The translations under genes and the position numbers were made by a program. A stretch of DNA of 63,365 nt, filler included, from Octopus bimaculoides (Eukaryota), in assembly GCF_001194135.2 (NCBI RefSeq). It is 4 parts of 4 records of this genome, joined end to end, with 100 filler letters (N's around TTAATTAATTAA, not from the genome) between each part and the next. Parts side by side here need not be neighbours in the genome. Positions count along the whole stretch, not along the records: positions 40,528 to 58,989 come from NC_068984.1; positions 59,090 to 63,365 come from NC_069003.1; 2 more parts are not named here. One strand, written 5' to 3'. Positions 50,391-63,094 of this stretch are shown here, piece by piece. Below the pieces are notes generated by a model that saw only the letters and a list, made by a program, of their open reading frames with translations, searched no databases and was not told where the DNA came from. The first letter of the stretch is position 1; every line of letters starts with the position of its first letter.

Positions 50391-51667
50391 TAAACGAAAT
50401 TTATCATTCAGTTTATTTATTTATTATGTATATATGTATGAATGGCTTAAGTATGGGGGCTAGGAAAAAATAGAAAGCGCGTTCCAATCTATGCACCCGT
50501 CTCCACATGTGTGCCATTTTTCACACGAATACACCCAGCTGTTTGGCCGTGAACCTCAAGACAAGAAAGAATACAATGCTCAGCCAACTTCAATTTATAT
50601 TATNNNNNNNNNNNNNNNNNNNNNNNNNNNNNNNNNNNNNNNNNNNNNNNNNNNNNNNNNNNNNNNNNNNNNNNNNNNNNNNNNNNNNNNNNNNNNNNNN
50701 NNNNNNNNNNNNNNNNNNNNNNNNNNNNNNNNNNNNNNNNNNNNNNNNNNNNNNNNNNNNNNNNNNNNNNNNNNNNNNNNNNNNNNNNNNNNNNNNNNNN
50801 NNNNNNNNNNNNNNNNNNNNNNNNNNNNNNNNNNNNNNNNNNNNNNNNNNNNNNNNNNNNNNNNNNNNNNNNNNNNNNNNNNNNNNNNNNNNNNNNNNNN
50901 NNNNNNNNNNNNNNNNNNNNNNNNNNNNNNNNNNNNNNNNNNNNNNNNNNNNNNNNNNNNNNNNNNNNNNNNNNNNNNNNNNNNNNNNNNNNNNNNNNNN
51001 NNNNNNNNNNNNNNNNNNNNNNNNNNNNNNNNNNNNNNNNNNNNNNNNNNNNNNNNNNNNNNNNNNNNNNNNNNNNNNNNNNNNNNNNNNNNNNNNNNNN
51101 NNNNNNNNNNNNNNNNNNNNNNNNNNNNNNNNNNNNNNNNNNNNNNNNNNNNNNNNNNNNNNNNNNNNNNNNNNNNNNNNNNNNNNNNNNNNNNNNNNNN
51201 NNNNNNNNNNNNNNNNNNNNNNNNNNNNNNNNNNNNNNNNNNNNNNNNNNNNNNNNNNNNNNNNNNNNNNNNNNNNNNNNNNNNNNNNNNNNNNNNNNNN
51301 NNNNNNNNNNNNNNNNNNNNNNNNNNNNNNNNNNNNNNNNNNNNNNNNNNNNNNNNNNNNNNNNNNNNNNNNNNNNNNNNNNNNNNNNNNNNNNNNNNNN
51401 NNNNNNNNNNNNNNNNNNNNNNNNNNNNNNNNNNNNNNNNNNNNNNNNNNNNNNNNNNNNNNNNNNNNNNNNNNNNNNNNNNNNNNNNNNNNNNNNNNNN
51501 NNNNNNNNNNNNNNNNNNNNNNNNNNNNNNNCTCTTAAAGTGCTTTAATAGTGAAATCCCTGAATTGCAGGGAGGTTTATTTAAAGATGATGCCCTATTT
51601 GTTATCCCTAGCGACAACAAATCGGTCATAGAAAGAATGAGGAAAAGAATTAAAAAATTTTTTAAAA

Positions 51668-51747
<80 letters not shown>

Positions 51748-51991
51748 GTATGGGGCAAGTCATTCACTTTTAGTGCTTTATTATTTAACACACTGGTTCG
51801 ATTTCCACTTATTTATTTTACCTAAAATTTTCGTTGTCTTGCAACTTTTTCAATAGGCATTGACTTTGTCCGTTATCAGAGCTGCATTGTTTTTGTTTGT
51901 TTGTTTGTTTGTGCGCATGTGTGTGCATCAGTGTTCATGTGTATACACATATGTATGTATGTATGTATGTATGCATGTATGTGTGTATGCA

Positions 51992-52031
<40 letters not shown>

Positions 52032-52359
52032 TACGTGTGTGTATGTTTTATGTATGTATGTATTCTGCATATCCATGTGTTTATGAGTTCATTTTTGTGC
52101 ATTTGTATGAGTGTGTGTGTGAGTGAGTGAAGTGCGCGCATGTGTATATGGTCATGTATTTAAGTCTTCATTTTTGTATGTATGTGTATATGTGTGTGTG
52201 CGCTTGTCTGTCCGTATTACCTATGTACCTATCTATTTGTTTATCTATCTGTTTACTTACATATCCATTTATCTACACACACACACATGTATTTATATAC
52301 ATATATACACGTCTACATAACAGCCTACTAACAACTCTACCTGTGTATATATAAACTGT

Positions 52360-52945
52360 AGGTATTGGGGTACGTATATTTCCTATTTAGTACTGGGGAT
52401 GTTTCATTTATGAGGACGTACTCCTGTATTTAACTGAGTGTTAGGTCCTTCGGGTGCTTGAATAAAATGCAGATGTCAAGTTGACCCAGTGTGCCTCCAT
52501 GGTGGTCTCTGGCATGTTGGTAGAGTATGGAGGACTGTTTTTTGTTGTCATATTGTCTCAAATGTACATTTAGTCTCTCCACAATGCTTCTAGATGTTTC
52601 ACCTAAGTATATCGTGTTCTTGTCTTTACAAGCACCATCTATGCACCTTATGCTGTAGACTACATTTCTAGTTCTACAGTTAATACCAGGGTTAATCTTA
52701 CATACCATGCAGTTATCATTGGTGTATGCGGTATTCTCAAAGGGGTACGTCCTATATAGTTGTGATCTGATGGAGCACTCTGGCTTTTCAACGATCTTAA
52801 TGTTGAGTTTAGCCACCTTCAGAGCTTTCCTAATTCTACGGACTAGTTCTCCATGGGCTATGGCCTCTACAAACATCACTCCTTGATATTTGTCGGTCTT
52901 GTACCACGTTTTCACCCTGTTTGCTTTGTCACAAACTCTTTGTAT
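52360..52945 (-). pseudogene. PLE GIY-YIG endonuclease domain fragment
   Basis: CMVCK...NCRTRNVVYSIRCIDGAC...IYLGETSRSIVERLNVH...SILYQHARDHH. Confidence 0.85.
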
Positions 52946-53049
52946 ATATATATACATATATATATTTGTTCTTTGATTCTTTTATGCTTCAGCCCAAAGG
53001 TTGTGGCTATGCTGCAGCACTGTTAGTGTTATCATCTTTAAAGTGGCCA

Positions 53050-55075
53050 TGTTTATGTGACTGGCTTTTGGTGAAGGAGAAAGTTCGACACAGCTGGCCT
53101 CTTTTGAGTTTCTTGCCATGATATAGGTTCATCTGAGAAATCAAGTTGTTTCCTGAAAACACCTATCCCTACTCCTCCATGAAGGCATAAATAATGTAGA
53201 CCCTTGACTCTCAAGCTACTGAAGTACATGATCGACACTCTAGACAGAATAGCTGGGACCATTGGAATAGTGCAATGAGATCCAGTTCAGGGGTTAGTAT
53301 AGCTCTTGATGCCAAAGTTTGGTGCCATCCTCTCCAGGATCTTCTGTACATAAATCACTGCATACCCCTTCTGTCTTTGCTCCAGGGAGAGGAGCCATAA
53401 CTCTTTCAGTCTCTCACAGCAGCTCATCTGTTCCACAGATGCAATCTTCCTAGGGTAGCACTACTGAACAGCCTCACGTTTTGTTATTAATTTGACACTG
53501 TGGGGTGACTACAGTTGAGAGCAATAGTCCAATTGCTGAGTACAAATGTCCACCATAGAACCAGCATAGTTTCCTGGTGCCTTGTTCTGAAGGTTCTCAG
53601 AATCCATCTGGCCATTCACCTGTTTGTTGCAACCATCTTGGTGATATGTATGTGAAACAAAGCGTCGTTGCTCAGATCAATTCCCAGATCATGCACTGTA
53701 CTTGATTCTGGGATTGTTGCTCCTTTTTTTCCAAAGTATTGTTGGTGTGGCATGGGTGCACTGGCTATCTGATAGCGGAATTTACTTGCATTAAATTGTA
53801 TATTGTTTTCTTCAGCCCATATATATGTATATATATATATATATATATATGGTATCTAGGTCTTTCAGTAGAAGATTAGCATTTGAAGGTTCCTTGACTG
53901 CTTGTACTACTTTTGTGTTGTTAGCACAGCGAGTAAATGTGGCTGTCTGCGTAACTGATAGTATGTCCGAGAGAGCCACCATAAACAGCAGTGGCCTCAA
54001 AATAGTTCCCTGAAGTACTTCACTCTCTATTCCTGTCTCCTTGGAGAGGTCCCCACTAGCTGTCACCACCTGGCTCTGTCTTTTAGAAGTCATGTAAACA
54101 CTTCCAGTTTTCCTCCTATGCTGAGTCTCCATAGCTTGTGACATATCCCAAGAACGATCTTATCAAAGGCCTTTGCAAAATCAAGATAAATCACATCCAT
54201 TCTTTTGTGATTCATTAGTTGTTTCAACACCCAGTCATAATGCTACAAAAGCTAAGTAAGGTAGCTTCTTCCTGAGCGGAGACCATGCTGAGTGTCAGGG
54301 AGCAAGTCATTATCTTTGAGGAACGCGATCAGTTTCCTCCTGACAGTGGATTCCACAACTTTGCTGACATGAGAGATTAAAGAGACAGGTCTATAATTTT
54401 TAGCATCTACTTTGCCAACTACCTTATGAATAGAACATAGAATATGCCTTCCTTTAACTTTCTGGGAAGTCTCCCAGTTGTGAGAAAGCTCTGGAAGAGA
54501 TTCCATAGCGGTCCTTCTAGAGCCTCTTTGCATTTCTTTAGGAGTATTGCTGGGAATCCATCAGGGCCTATGGCTGAGTTTGAGCTCATTTCATCAGTGG
54601 CTGATATTATATCAGTTTCCTCTATCAATAATTGCCATCTCTTTGTGTAGAGCTGTGGTGCCAAAGAACGCATCAGTCATAGTTACTTGCAAGTGCCCCA
54701 TTGGAATTGTGAAAACATTCTTGTATTGAACATGCAGTATTTCACTGATCTTCTGGGGGTCTGCCATTGGTGAACCATTTTCTTTGAACAGTGGCCTTAT
54801 CTTGTACTATACTGAAGCAGACTATTTTGCAAATCCATAGAAGGCCTTTGGGCTTGTCTTTATACTTTTGACATCCCTGGTTTCTTTTTCTGCCCTCTCC
54901 TTTCCATGGGAGTGTTTAAGCCCGTTTTCGATCTCAAGTAATGTTTGTTTGAGATAGGATCCTTTGCTATCCCTTAGTGGCCCATTTAGATGGTTTGAGA
55001 TTTTTGCTTGCTGTCTCATTAGAATCTTCCTATCCATGGGAATGATATCTTTCTGTTTGTTTGACATTCTACTTG
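53050..55075 (-). mobile_element. CR1-group LINE RT region, decayed
   Basis: KAFYGFAK, SAIGPDGFPAILLK, NYRPVSLISHVSKV, QHGLRSGRSYLT, MDVIYLDFAKAFDK, VLQGTILRPLLF. Confidence 0.88.
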
Positions 55076-55826
55076 GAGAGAATGTGTATGTGTAAGTCGT
55101 CTAAGAGTCCATAAGTCAGAAAAAATTCACTTGTATATCTGTCAATAAAGTGGGTACATTGTCCGAAGTGTACAGTATTATATATCCATTACAGCCTTTG
55201 ATACTAGTCGGTTTCACCCTAGGGATTCAACAGAGAATTAAGTAGCAATCTGATTATGTAACCATGCACTCATAAATGTGTGTGTGTGTGTGTAGAGGAT
55301 ATGAGTTTTCTTCAGGATGACTCAGACTAATAGGTATGCGTTCAGAGTGCTCAAATAGGTGTGCCACCAAAATTCCAGTTAGAACAGCGTTTGAAGTTGT
55401 GGTTGTGTGATAGTATTCTTCAAACACTGTTGTAGGTGGCATCCCTTTGAGTCAGTACCCAGAGGTTAAAGTAGTGAGGATAGACAAACAATTAGGTAAT
55501 GCAGGACAAGGAAATTTAATTTCATTTAATTCAATCTAAAATTTAGCTACATAACGAATGGTAAAAATAGTACAAAATGGTAAAGATGGTCTCTGACAGC
55601 TGTTTCTGGGATATCCTAGCTATTGGAGCATCATATCGAGCAAAGACTCTATAAGTTGGGTATTCCATCATCAAAGAAATATAAGTTAGATAGTGGAAGA
55701 ATGTTCCTCATCAATGACATTTGTTGTGATTCTTTATGTCCAGGAGGGTAGGCGGGTCCAATTAAATCCAGTTGTATCAGGTCTTCTTTTGGTAAATCCC
55801 TGATCAAAAAAGAATGGTTAAATTCG

Positions 55827-55854
55827 AAAGTTGTGTGAATATTCACACAACTTT
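55827..55854. other. perfect 28-bp palindrome with no spacer
   Basis: AAAGTTGTGTGAAT|ATTCACACAACTTT. Confidence 0.95.
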
Positions 55855-56589
55855 GGAGCTGCTAGAATTCATTCTTCCTCTGGAATGAATACCACTGAAC
55901 AATATATATACTGAACAATATATATCCAATACATGCCTTTTAACCATCTATCTTTTATCTTTATTCCTCGCACAACTTTGGATCTGCTAGCATTCATTTT
56001 CATTTTCCCTTCATACGGAGAACTGCATAACAATTCTTTCCCTCTTCTCACCATGCTGTACCACTTAACCATTCCTTCTGATCATGGATTTACCTAAAGA
56101 AGACCTGATAAATAAATAAATGAATAAATATATTGTGGCACCTTTTATATACATCTAAACAGAGTCAAAGAAAAAGAAAGGGGAAGAATGCCAGGAGGAA
56201 GAAAGAAAGAGAAAATTGAGGAGTGGTATAAGTTGAAGTTTGTTAGGAAAAAGTGAGGGAGGTGGGAGATAATGTTTCTGGTCAATAGGGGAACATAGTA
56301 ATTCGAGGTAAGTTGGTTGTTTATCATTTAAGAGTAAAACTATACAAATGCATATTAGCGCGTAGCACATGTATTTTTTCTGTGCCTGTAGTATCTTGTA
56401 GGTGTGCATGCACACGTAGGTGCCTGCATATGCTCATTTGCAGAAGGAAGGTGTAGGGAGACCATGAGGTTAAGAAAAATCATAAAATATTAAAAAATAT
56501 ACAAAACAATATAAAGTAGTTATAAATACAAAGAGCTGCGAGTGGGGGAAGAGGAATAGTTAGGGAATAACAAGTGGGGGCACAATTAT

Positions 56590-57885
56590 TTGTACTTTGA
56601 GAATGTGTTGCATAACCAGTGTTTACGATTAAAAATTAGATGTTTTTGTTCATTCAAATAATTGGTGGATTACATAATAGAAAAGACTTCAGTGATACAT
56701 AGATCGCATTTGTTGTTTATAACTGTTATACAGTTTGGAATGGGTAACTATGGACAATTTTAAATTATATGGAATTGAGTTTTGTTCTAGGTTATGAATT
56801 AACCAAGATGAAGAAGTGCTGTTGGTTCTTGGGATTTGAAGCTTGAATAATGGTTACCCACTCTGACTTTGAAGGTGGTGCTGCATGAGCTGATGTATAC
56901 ATAATTGGAATCCTCAGCTGATACCGTGCATTTGTATACAATATTTTTTGCAAGGTATCTATTATCTAAGGGACAGGAGGAGGAGCATCTACAACTGCAT
57001 AAGATTCTGAGTACTAAAGATAAATTTATGAGGTTATGGTTATCTAGGGTCAACCTGGTGCTATATTCATTATCCGCTGCAGCTTTAGGATTGGTATATT
57101 TTTGGGTGGTGAGGGAGTCATCTGGGGGATGTAGTTTATAATAGTTCTCGCGTCTAATGATATTACTTCATTCCTTATTTCAGTGATGGGTATAAAGGGG
57201 CCGTAAGGTAGGTTGAGGATATTGGGATGATTAATAAAAGAATAGGCAGTGTGAGGGTCAGTATTGGTAAGGAGGTCTAAGGATGTTCTAAGGTTACTGG
57301 TATGGGGCTGGAGGTTAGGGTGAGTTGTGTTATTGTGATTAAAATTAACTAATTGTTGGTTCCCAAGTTTCTTATTGTTCAAACGTTGGATTATACCAGC
57401 AATGTTAGTTGCAATGGAGTATGAAAATTTAATCGACTGGGAGTTGAAGATTTTTCTAAGAAACCTGGACTTAGGGAAATGTTTTTCAAGTAAAGCAAAG
57501 AAGAGTTTGGGTATTCTGGTCTGAAAATTAAGGGCAAAGGGGGTGGGGAACCAGATAATGTCACATGTCCTGGTCCATTTATTCCAGTTTAGGGGATTAC
57601 CCGAGAATAGCTTGAGGTATGGAGGTGCGCATTCGTGTGGATTTCAATGGGCAGTCGCAGATTTGGGATCCAGGATCGCAGGGTGAGAAAAGTGCCTATT
57701 ATGTTTGGTACAATGATAAAATTTGGGGGAATAGGGGGAGGATAGAATATGGAGGATACTTCATGTTTTATTTTAAGGGGCAGATATATCTGTGGGGCCA
57801 GGTTTAGTGGAGGGAGGATCGCACAATATAGAGTTGAATTTGATGAGATTCTTATATCCGTCACATCGTAGGGTGCAGTCATGAC
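56590..57885 (-). mobile_element. PLE fragment (RT C-terminus/linker and GIY-YIG), heavily decayed
   Basis: IIWFPTPF...KHFPK..FLRKIF (WFNPP-type linker); CPLDNRYLAKNIVYKCTV...YVYISS...FKVRVGNHYSSF; KCDLCITE. Confidence 0.78.
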
Positions 57886-57900
57886 ATTCAGTATATATAC

Positions 57901-57961
<61 letters not shown>

Positions 57962-58244
57962 NNNNNNNNNNNNNNNNNNNNNNNNNNNNNNNNNNNNNNN
58001 NNNNNNNNNNNNNNNNNNNNNNNNNNNNNNNNNNNNNNNNNNNNNNNNNNNNNNNNNNNNNNNNNNNNNNNNNNNNNNNNNNNNNNNNNNNNNNNNNNNN
58101 NNNNNNNNNNNNNNNNNNNNNNNNNATTAAAACAACCTGCATGCGTGTATGTGAGTGTGTCACTGAAGCCATTCATACAATATATACATATTAATAAATA
58201 AATAAACTGAATAAATTTCAGTTATCTCTCTCTCTCTCTTTCTT

Positions 58245-58275
<31 letters not shown>

Positions 58276-59112
58276 CACATACACCATCAACATTACTCTC
58301 TCTTCGCGCACACCCCATCAAACATACACATTCACACAGACACAGACATACGCACGCACATCAATTCTCCCCTCTCATCACAACCTCAAAAGAAGTTCAG
58401 TCATAAAACTGTCCATGTCTCTTCATTTGCCAGCCACTTCATAAGATTGCCTTTCTTTTTCAAAAGCTTCGTACCTGCCATGCCAGCCAATGACACACAA
58501 CTTCACTCACTCTATCTCTCTTTCTTACCCTCTTTCTCTCTCACATACACACACAAACACACATGCACGTCTATTTCATATATCTTTTAATTTCTGCTCT
58601 CTGCAACTAAAATTTTTACGGAAAAAACTGCTTACAAAAATTGTGATTAACGTATAATTTCTTTCTATGTTCATAATTAAATAAATCTTTTAATGATTAG
58701 GCAGACTAGAATAGCTCTCACAAACAGACTACATGCAAATTCTTTCTTCACAACTCCTGAAGCCATTTTCTGACAGGAGGGATGAAATCTTCATACAGCT
58801 GGAGGCTCCAATCGAAATGGGACACAAAATGATCAGGTTGAGAAACGCTGTTATAGATTATGTCTAACCAAAAGCAATCACAGCCACATCATCCAAACAG
58901 ACCGGGTGAAACCGGGTTTATTTGCTCATATATATATTTGTATATAGTATGTATATATATGTATGTGTGTATGTATATATATATATGTANNNNNNNNNNN
59001 NNNNNNNNNNNNNNNNNNNNNNNNNNNNNNNNNTTAATTAATTAANNNNNNNNNNNNNNNNNNNNNNNNNNNNNNNNNNNNNNNNNNNNTGTGTGTTTGT
59101 ATACATACATTG

Positions 59113-59361
59113 TAGTAAAGTTTATTTGCACACATAACGTGGTGGTCCTATAACGGACAATTTAACTGTTGTTTAAGCCCCTGGAAGACATGTTTTCCAG
59201 CTGGCTCTTGACACACAATCGATGACCTCCCTTGCAAAGACTATACGGACACAGGCTGTGTGTCGATAACCAGCTGGAAAAGATGTTTTCCTGGTTCTGA
59301 AACAACAGTAACATTGTCCTTTATAGGACCGCCACATTCTGTTGGCAAATAAACTTTACTA
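59113..59361. mobile_element. MITE/foldback with imperfect TIRs of about 105 bp, TA at both ends
   Basis: TAGTAAAGTTTATTTGC...TTGACACACA versus TGTGTGTCGA...GCAAATAAACTTTACTA, about 80 percent complementary. Confidence 0.8.
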
Positions 59362-59435
59362 TTCGGTACTGTTACTGTATATCTCCCGCTGCGAGATTTC
59401 AGACAAGTTGTTTTTCTCTCTATATATACATTTAT

Positions 59436-59663
59436 ATGGTATTAATAATGTCTTTTTTCTTTAGGGTTTTCTATTATTAAAATATTAATTATTTTGATTC
59501 AGCCTTTAAGGTTAGGTTTTATGATTATGTTGACTAGTATTTTTATCAGGATAATAAATTCTTTTTATTTTCTTGGTATGGCTATATATTGTTTTTTTTT
59601 GGAGGTTTATTAGTAAGATCTAAAAATATTACTAGTTTAATTCCTAATTTAGATTTTTCCTAA
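59436..59663 (+). pseudogene. nad6: nuclear mitochondrial DNA segment (NUMT) of nad6
   Basis: Invertebrate mitochondrial code, two frameshifts: MVLMMSFF / LGFSIIKMLIILIQPLSLGFMIML... / FSWYGYMLFFFGGLLV....TSLIPNL; matches molluscan ND6 motifs QPLSLG, SWYGY, GG.LV, SLIPN. Confidence 0.8.
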
Positions 59664-59872
59664 AGGTTTAATTACATATATATTTATTGTTAGCTATATA
59701 TATATAAGTAGGTAGATAGATAGGTAGATAGATAGATGGACTAATAGCTACATCGATAAATTGATATTAACATAGATGCATAAATAGATTGATGAGTTTA
59801 TACATGGATTGATCGATAGTTAGATAAATGGATAGATAGATAGATAGATAGATGGACTATTAGCTAGATAGA

Positions 59873-60395
59873 TACGAGGTGTGTTCCAGAAGATTCGAGA
59901 CATCTTTTAGTCGAGGTACTTATAACTGTCCTAGATTATTGTAATTAGTATGTCAAAACTATAGATCTAAATGCTGACCTGCCAAATTTTTTCCCAGTTT
60001 GAAGGCGACGCCTGTAACAGCACATTGAACACAACCTACTAAACACTGCTCGTTATAGCTGACGAATTTGCAGAATGCAGTCAGGACATGAAAACAATTT
60101 AGAAGCTTTCTATGCTATGAAGTTTTGTGCTAAACTGGGCAAAAATGTTACAGAAACATATGAAATGCTCCAGACTGCTTATAAATTAACTTGGATGAGT
60201 GGAGCATCTGTTTTACGCTGGCACAATTGACCAGGAAAAGCAAGTCCACTGGGAAGCTCATGATGAGCCCCTTTTTCGACAACAAGGATATTATCTACAT
60301 CCACTGGGTTCCCTCTAGCCAGACGGCCAACAAAGAATACTTTGTGGAGGTTTTAAGGGAGTTGAAGAAGAGATTTCGTCGCAAAAGGCCAAAGT
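59873..60395 (+). mobile_element. mariner transposon remnant (left TIR and internally deleted transposase)
   Basis: TA-CGAGGTGTGTTCC start; YAMKFCAKLGKNVTETYEMLQTAY; GKLMMSPFFDNKDIIYIHWVPSSQTANKEYFVEVLRELKKRFRRKRP. Confidence 0.85.
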
Positions 60396-62044
60396 ATCTG
60401 CTCATTTGTTTCACGAAACTCTTCAAGGCTTGCTCCAGCATGACCGCAATCTAACGACTGAAAAGATAATACATACATATTACATAAATTCTCAGTTTTA
60501 TATCTTAGCAAGGCATTGTAAGCCTTGCATTCCTGCAAAAAATTCCACAGTTGTGTGGGTGTCAATGTTAAACTGATGTCGAAACGTAGAAAGTTGTGTG
60601 CGCCGACTAACAGATGAAGCGGAGATAGAGTAGAATGGAATGCGCGAGATGAAAATACAGGTTAAAATATGGGTTTAATGTACCTGTATGTGGATGAACT
60701 ACGGTGTGGGGCAAACTGTGGTGTGTGGAGCAGAAATTTACGCATGACTACATTTACCATGTCATTATTATCCAGGTGAAGCACGGCATAGAATCTTAAG
60801 GGAACGATGGATCAAAATGGCTGCTGTGCACAAAACAACATGGCGGAAAAGAGGAGAAGAGAAGAAAAAGAGAACAAAAAACGAAAAATGGAAAACGAAA
60901 AAGTATAAAGTCATTTAACGAAATGTGAAGAAATTCACCATTTTTGATTTATAAACAACAAAAACAGACTTTTTTCCTCCTATTAATTCTAGTAACAACT
61001 TCTTAGATTATATGAATGAAAAGCAATTACACACACACACACACACACACGCACACACACATGCACACACACACACAGACACGCACCTAAATACACGTAA
61101 ACACACAAGTGTGTATACAGATACACAAACTTATACATAAATCTACACAAATTCCGGTATGCATAAATTTTAAAATACCTAATGATGAAATGTGTGTGTG
61201 TGGTTATATATATATATANNNNNNNNNNNNNNNNNNNNNNNNNNNNNNNNNNNNNNNNNNNNNNNNNNNNNNNNNNNNNNNNNNNNNNNNNNNNNNNNNN
61301 NNNNNNNNNNNNNNNNNNNNNNNNNNNNNNNNNNNNNNNNNNNNNNNNNNNNNNNNNNNNNNNNNNNNNNNNNNNNNNNNNNNNNNNNNNNNNNNNNNNN
61401 NNNNNNNNNNNNNNNNNNNNNNNNNNNNNNNNNNNNNNNNNNNNNNNNNNNNNNNNNNNNNNNNNNNNNNNNNNNNNNNNNNNNNNNNNNNNNNNNNNNN
61501 NNTATATATATATATATTTATATATATATATATATAATATAATGTATGTATGTAAATATATATATATGTATATATGCATACACACACACATATGTGTGTG
61601 TGTATGCGTGTCTTTGTATGTATGCATGCATGATTAAATACATCTGCCTCAATGTGTATGTTTTTATCCGAAAACATAGGGAAAATCTTAGTAAGCATGT
61701 GATTATATATTGGTACAGATTGATATGTATACGCCACGCGCGCACACGCACAAACATACACACACATGCAAACACACACATATGCAAACACAAGCACACA
61801 TACACATCCAAACATTTTGGCATCATGCCGCACTTCCTGGCGAAGCTTTTGGATGTACGTATGTATGTATTATGCTTCTCACCACACAGACACACCATAT
61901 ATATATACATACATATATATATATATATATATGTNNNNNNNNNNNNNNNNNNNNNNNNNNNNNNNNNNNNNNNNNNNNNNNNNNNNNNNNNNNNNNNNNN
62001 NNNNNNNNNNNNNNNNNNNNNNNNNNNNNNNNNNATATATATAA

Positions 62045-62760
62045 GAGGCGCTGCGTTTCGCATGCGGGCCTGCTATTGTGGGTCTTAATTTGAGGTCATT
62101 AGGAGTTGGTATCTTGACTATTATATCTGTGGCTCCCCTGCATGCGTTACTTATTTTTTTTCCCTTTTGTGTATCTTAGGAATACCGTATAATTGACTGG
62201 GTTTGCTATTGAAGTTAGTCATATAGTCGTATTCCTTGTCGGTGAGCCCTACTCTGTATAGGGTTAACATTGTTTTTAGGTTTCTCATTATTTTATGTTG
62301 ACTGTAGTACCTTTTCATAATATGTTGTCTTCTAATATGGATAGCACTAGGGTTATATAATATACTGTGTCCATTAAGACTACTGCACTCCCTTTATTAG
62401 CCTCTTTGACTGTGATTGTTTTATCATCCTTTAATCTGTTTAGTTCAGCCCATTCTTTTATGCTGAAGTTTGGCTCGTATTTTTGTTTGTGTTTATGCTG
62501 ATATGGGTAATTCGTTATGTGTTCACAGAAATGGGGTGTAGTTACTTTTATTTCATACTAACGATGCGGCCTCATTGTATTTGTCGTATAGTTCCTCGGC
62601 GAGTCGTAATTTTCTACAGAATTTCGCAACGTCTTCTTTCATTTCGTTGTAGTTGGGGCGTTGGGGTGGTGGTGGTGGTGTAAATTTGAGCCCTTTGGAG
62701 AATATGTTGATTTGACCTGGTGTTAGTTCTTTGTGGGGTAGATTGATGATTTTTATCACT
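62045..62760 (-). mobile_element. PLE ORF N-terminal/RT-start fragment
   Basis: IINLPHKELTPGQINIFSKGLKFTP...FCRKLRL; KEANKGSAVVLMD; YGIPKIHK; LKLRPTIAGP. Confidence 0.85.
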
Positions 62761-63094
62761 TTTGGTTTCTCCTGTCTGATGTTATCTCGTATCCCAGTGT
62801 TTGCGTACCCCTGTTGTGCTTTATAGTGCAGGTTCTTGGGTGGGGATTGAAAAGTGTGTCTCCCATGAATGCCGTCACCATCACAGATGAAATTACAACA
62901 AGAATTTAGAATATTTCCAACCACTGCTGCTACGACCACAACAGGTCACTTTTAGGTCATTTGACCATTAAAGAAGATTCCTCGAACAATTTACAGTCAC
63001 AGCAATCCTGTAGTTTTCTATTCTTTCTCTTTCTCCCTCTTCTTTCCCTACTCCTACTTCTCTTCCTCCTTCATTTTCTCTTCCTCCTCCTCCA

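Noticed and set aside
56590-57885. In-frame TGA as selenocysteine, as reported for some PLE clades
   Set aside because: The fragment has several stop types and frameshifts; simple decay explains them.
60570-60590. CTGATGTCGAAACGTA resembling a hammerhead
   Set aside because: Core is not CUGANGA and there is no room for stem II.
1046-62093. Long ORFs rich in X or in YI/HT/CV/SL/poly-amino-acid runs
   Set aside because: Products of N gaps and di/trinucleotide microsatellites; no coding signal.
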